UHGV virus genome: UHGV-0172241
Direction: 5' to 3' (one strand)
DNA: 36,373 nucleotides
Origin: a virus
Both the position numbers and the translations under genes were made by a program. Below are positions 34,279 to 36,373 of the stretch, one piece after another. The notes under the pieces are model-generated. The model did no database searches and was not told the origin of the DNA. It saw nothing but the letters and a program-made list of their open reading frames with translations. Each line of letters begins with the position of its first letter. Within the stretch, counting starts at the first letter, position 1.

Positions 34279-35744
34279 TGAAAACACAATCACAAATTAA
34301 TGCACGTTTAGATGCTTATAAAAATGGCACAGTAGACAGCCCTTACAGAGTGAAAACATGGACGAGTTATGACCCCGCTTTCAGTACAATGGAACCCGGT
34401 TGCGTTGATGTAGACCGCTTTTATCATGCACAATGTGCTGACTTACCTACCGATTATATTCTTTGGTTAACTGATAACCAATACAAAGCTTGGGGCAACG
34501 CTAAAGACTTCCCTAACAACAAATTTCCAACGGGCTGGAAAGTCGTTGAAAACATGCCAGAAACAGTACCACAAAAAGGCTGGATAGCTGTATTCACTAG
34601 CGGAACATACGCACAATACGGTCATATTGGCATTGTTTATAACGGCGGGAATACTAACTCGTTCCAAATTTTAGAACAAAACTGGAATGGCTATGCTAAT
34701 AAAAAGCCTACATTGCGCTGGGATAACTATTATGGTTTAACGCACTTTATCGTACCTCCAGTAGCAAAAGAATTTAAAGTGCTAAAAAAAGAAACGAAAA
34801 AAGCTCCTATTCAAATCAATAAAATAAAAACTAAAAAGATAGAAGTAAATACAAAACGCATTACTGGTTGGACAATGGACAAACGCGGCTATAATCCTCA
34901 CGGTATTGTCATACACAATGACGCCGGTTCAGCAAATTCTCAAAATTATTACAATAGTTTAGTGAATGCTAACTACGACAGATTAGCGCGTGGTATTGCT
35001 CACGCATATGCAGACAGAAACGGTATTTGGGAAGCTATAGACGAGAGTCGCATTGCTTGGCATTGTGCGGACGGTATCAATCCTGGAAGCGGTAACCACG
35101 ACTTCTATGGTATAGAAGTGAACCAATCATTAAGTGCTAGTGATAAAGAATTCTTAGCCAACGAGCAAGCAGTATTTCAATTTGCAGCGCAGAAACTCAA
35201 GAAATGGGGTTTACCTGCTAACAGAAACACTGTGCGCTTACACAATGAATTTAGCCAAACGTCATGCCCGCACAGATCAATGAAGTTACACGCTGGATTA
35301 GACCCAATACACAATTCTATCACTGAACAAGCTAGATTGAAGTTAAAAGATTACTTCATCAAACAAATTCGTGCTTATATGGCCGGTAAACAACCTAAAT
35401 CTACAACAATTGTAAATAAACCCGGCAGCGCTTCTACACCTGCCACACGGACAAACTCGAACGGCTGGAAAGTAAATCAATACGGCACTTATTACAAAGC
35501 AGAACACGCAACATTTACACCTAATACTGCAATTATAACGAGATATATAGGGCCATTTACTTCATGTCCACAAGCCGGAGTTTTACAAGCTGGTCAAAGC
35601 ATTATCTATGACACTGTATGCAAGCAAGACGGTTACATTTGGGTATCGTATACAGCAAACAATGGTAAAAATGTATGGTTACCCGTCAGAACTTGGGATA
35701 AATCTACAGATAGCAAGGGTGTTTTGTGGGGAAATATAAGTTAA
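34278..35744 (+). CDS. endolysin: CHAP peptidase plus amidase_2 (N-acetylmuramoyl-L-alanine amidase) plus SH3b cell-wall-binding domain
   Basis: N-terminal CHAP region (..C..H.. with QYGHIGIV). Central region with the GIVIHNDAGS...WHCADG...H motifs of amidase_2. C-terminal SH3_5-like domain (GWKVNQYGTYYKAE...). Confidence 0.9.
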   Translation: MKTQSQINARLDAYKNGTVDSPYRVKTWTSYDPAFSTMEPGCVDVDRFYHAQCADLPTDYILWLTDNQYKAWGNAKDFPNNKFPTGWKVVENMPETVPQKGWIAVFTSGTYAQYGHIGIVYNGGNTNSFQILEQNWNGYANKKPTLRWDNYYGLTHFIVPPVAKEFKVLKKETKKAPIQINKIKTKKIEVNTKRITGWTMDKRGYNPHGIVIHNDAGSANSQNYYNSLVNANYDRLARGIAHAYADRNGIWEAIDESRIAWHCADGINPGSGNHDFYGIEVNQSLSASDKEFLANEQAVFQFAAQKLKKWGLPANRNTVRLHNEFSQTSCPHRSMKLHAGLDPIHNSITEQARLKLKDYFIKQIRAYMAGKQPKSTTIVNKPGSASTPATRTNSNGWKVNQYGTYYKAEHATFTPNTAIITRYIGPFTSCPQAGVLQAGQSIIYDTVCKQDGYIWVSYTANNGKNVWLPVRTWDKSTDSKGVLWGNIS

Positions 35745-35778
35745 TATGTTATAATATGTTTACAACGTCATTATGAAA

Positions 35779-35809
35779 GGGTAGTCTTATCGACTGCCCT
35801 ATTTTTTTA
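35779..35809 (+). terminator. terminator after the endolysin gene
   Basis: Stem GGGTAGTC/GACTGCCC (one mismatch) then T7. The loop contains the 9-mer CTTATCGAC that is also found at window positions 1-9. Confidence 0.5.
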
Positions 35810-35858
35810 TGTTAAAATAAACTTACATGTTAAACATTCGAAATCCATGAAGTCTTGA

Positions 35859-35890
35859 CCACCCACACATGTCACTGGGTGGTTTTTTTA
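35859..35890 (+). terminator. strong rho-independent terminator in the right flank
   Basis: Stem CCACCCA/TGGGTGG with a 10-nt loop, then T7. Confidence 0.6.
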
Positions 35891-36174
35891 TAAAATGTGT
35901 TTATAATTTTTATAAAAGTTATCCAAATAGGAAAAGAATTTCAGCTTAATTATTTACAAATAACATAACAAGGTATATAGTTAATTACGAAGAAAGTTAA
36001 TTCTCAAACTCATTCTTTCTTCCTAACTTCTTAGCGCTTTTAGTTAGTTCGTCTTGTAACTATAGAATTATAGTTATATACAAATAGGAGTGATTTGTAT
36101 AGCCCGGCAGAGGCCATATATCTGACTGTTGGTCCCGCAGGAGACTTCTTCCTTGCCATCACTCTCATACATAA

Positions 36175-36209
36175 TCCCTACTTACATTAATGTTTGTAGG
36201 GATATTTTT
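36175..36209 (+). terminator. hairpin plus U-tract closing a GC-rich segment (possible sRNA terminator)
   Basis: CCCTAC(36175-36180)/GTAGGG(36195-36200) then ATATTTTTA. Confidence 0.4.
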
Positions 36210-36223
36210 AAGGGGTGTACTAG

Positions 36224-36355
36224 GTGGGAAAATCAACATATTTAAAAACAAGCAATCAAAATGATGTTGATTTACAAAACATCCTTAATGATTTCATTTT
36301 AGTTGATGAGATTAAACCGTATCTTAATAGGTACGGTTATTTTTTTATGCTATAA
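36224..36355 (+). CDS. possible small ORF (43 aa, GTG start) in the right flank
   Basis: RBS AAGGGG, then GTG. VGKSTYLKTSNQNDVDLQNILNDFILVDEIKPYLNRYGYFFML. No domain recognised. Confidence 0.2.
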   Translation: MGKSTYLKTSNQNDVDLQNILNDFILVDEIKPYLNRYGYFFML

Positions 36356-36373
36356 TATGCCTAACGATAACGT

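Noticed and set aside
35745-36373. Lysogenic-conversion or virulence cargo (toxins, immune evasion genes) between the endolysin and the right end, the usual site in staphylococcal prophages
   Set aside because: Only about 600 bp of AT-rich non-coding DNA with terminators and one doubtful 43-aa ORF. No cargo gene is present.

Overview
The window is almost entirely one complete temperate siphovirus prophage of about 35.7 kb, of the low-GC Firmicutes type (roughly 34% GC). Modular order and protein similarities suggest a Staphylococcus phi11/SPP1-like phage, but the host assignment is an inference. Reading left to right, the modules are: (1) a minus-strand large serine recombinase integrase and a minus-strand moron gene; (2) a CI-like LexA/S24 repressor divergent from cro, then the antirepressor; (3) a replication module of ERF annealing protein, SSB, replisome organizer with embedded iterons, a G39P-size loader and a DnaB helicase; (4) RusA, many small ORFs, dUTPase, an HNH/AP2-like protein and a RinA-family late activator; (5) terS and a terL gene interrupted by an intein that carries an HNH endonuclease ORF; (6) portal, gp7-like protein, scaffold, major capsid, connectors, major tail protein, G/GT chaperone with a -1 frameshift, tape measure, Dit, a coiled-coil fiber and a Tal-like protein; (7) an XhlA-like protein, a 20-aa peptide, holin and a CHAP-amidase-SH3b endolysin. 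The last 600 bp is a non-coding flank with several terminators and a GC-rich segment.

The most unusual feature is the intein in terL. As sequenced, it is broken into three translation units: an in-frame TAA followed by a strong RBS precedes the HNH ORF, and the C-terminal splicing block sits in the +1 frame. This looks like a fractured-gene or split-intein arrangement, or a degenerate intein.

Secondary observations are two antisense early genes that share a 30-bp promoter/RBS module, putative origin iterons, operator repeats, and candidate att sequences at both ends. No CRISPR array, tRNA or rRNA was recognised.

Coordinates derived by hand, rather than from the ORF track, may be off by 1-2 nt.
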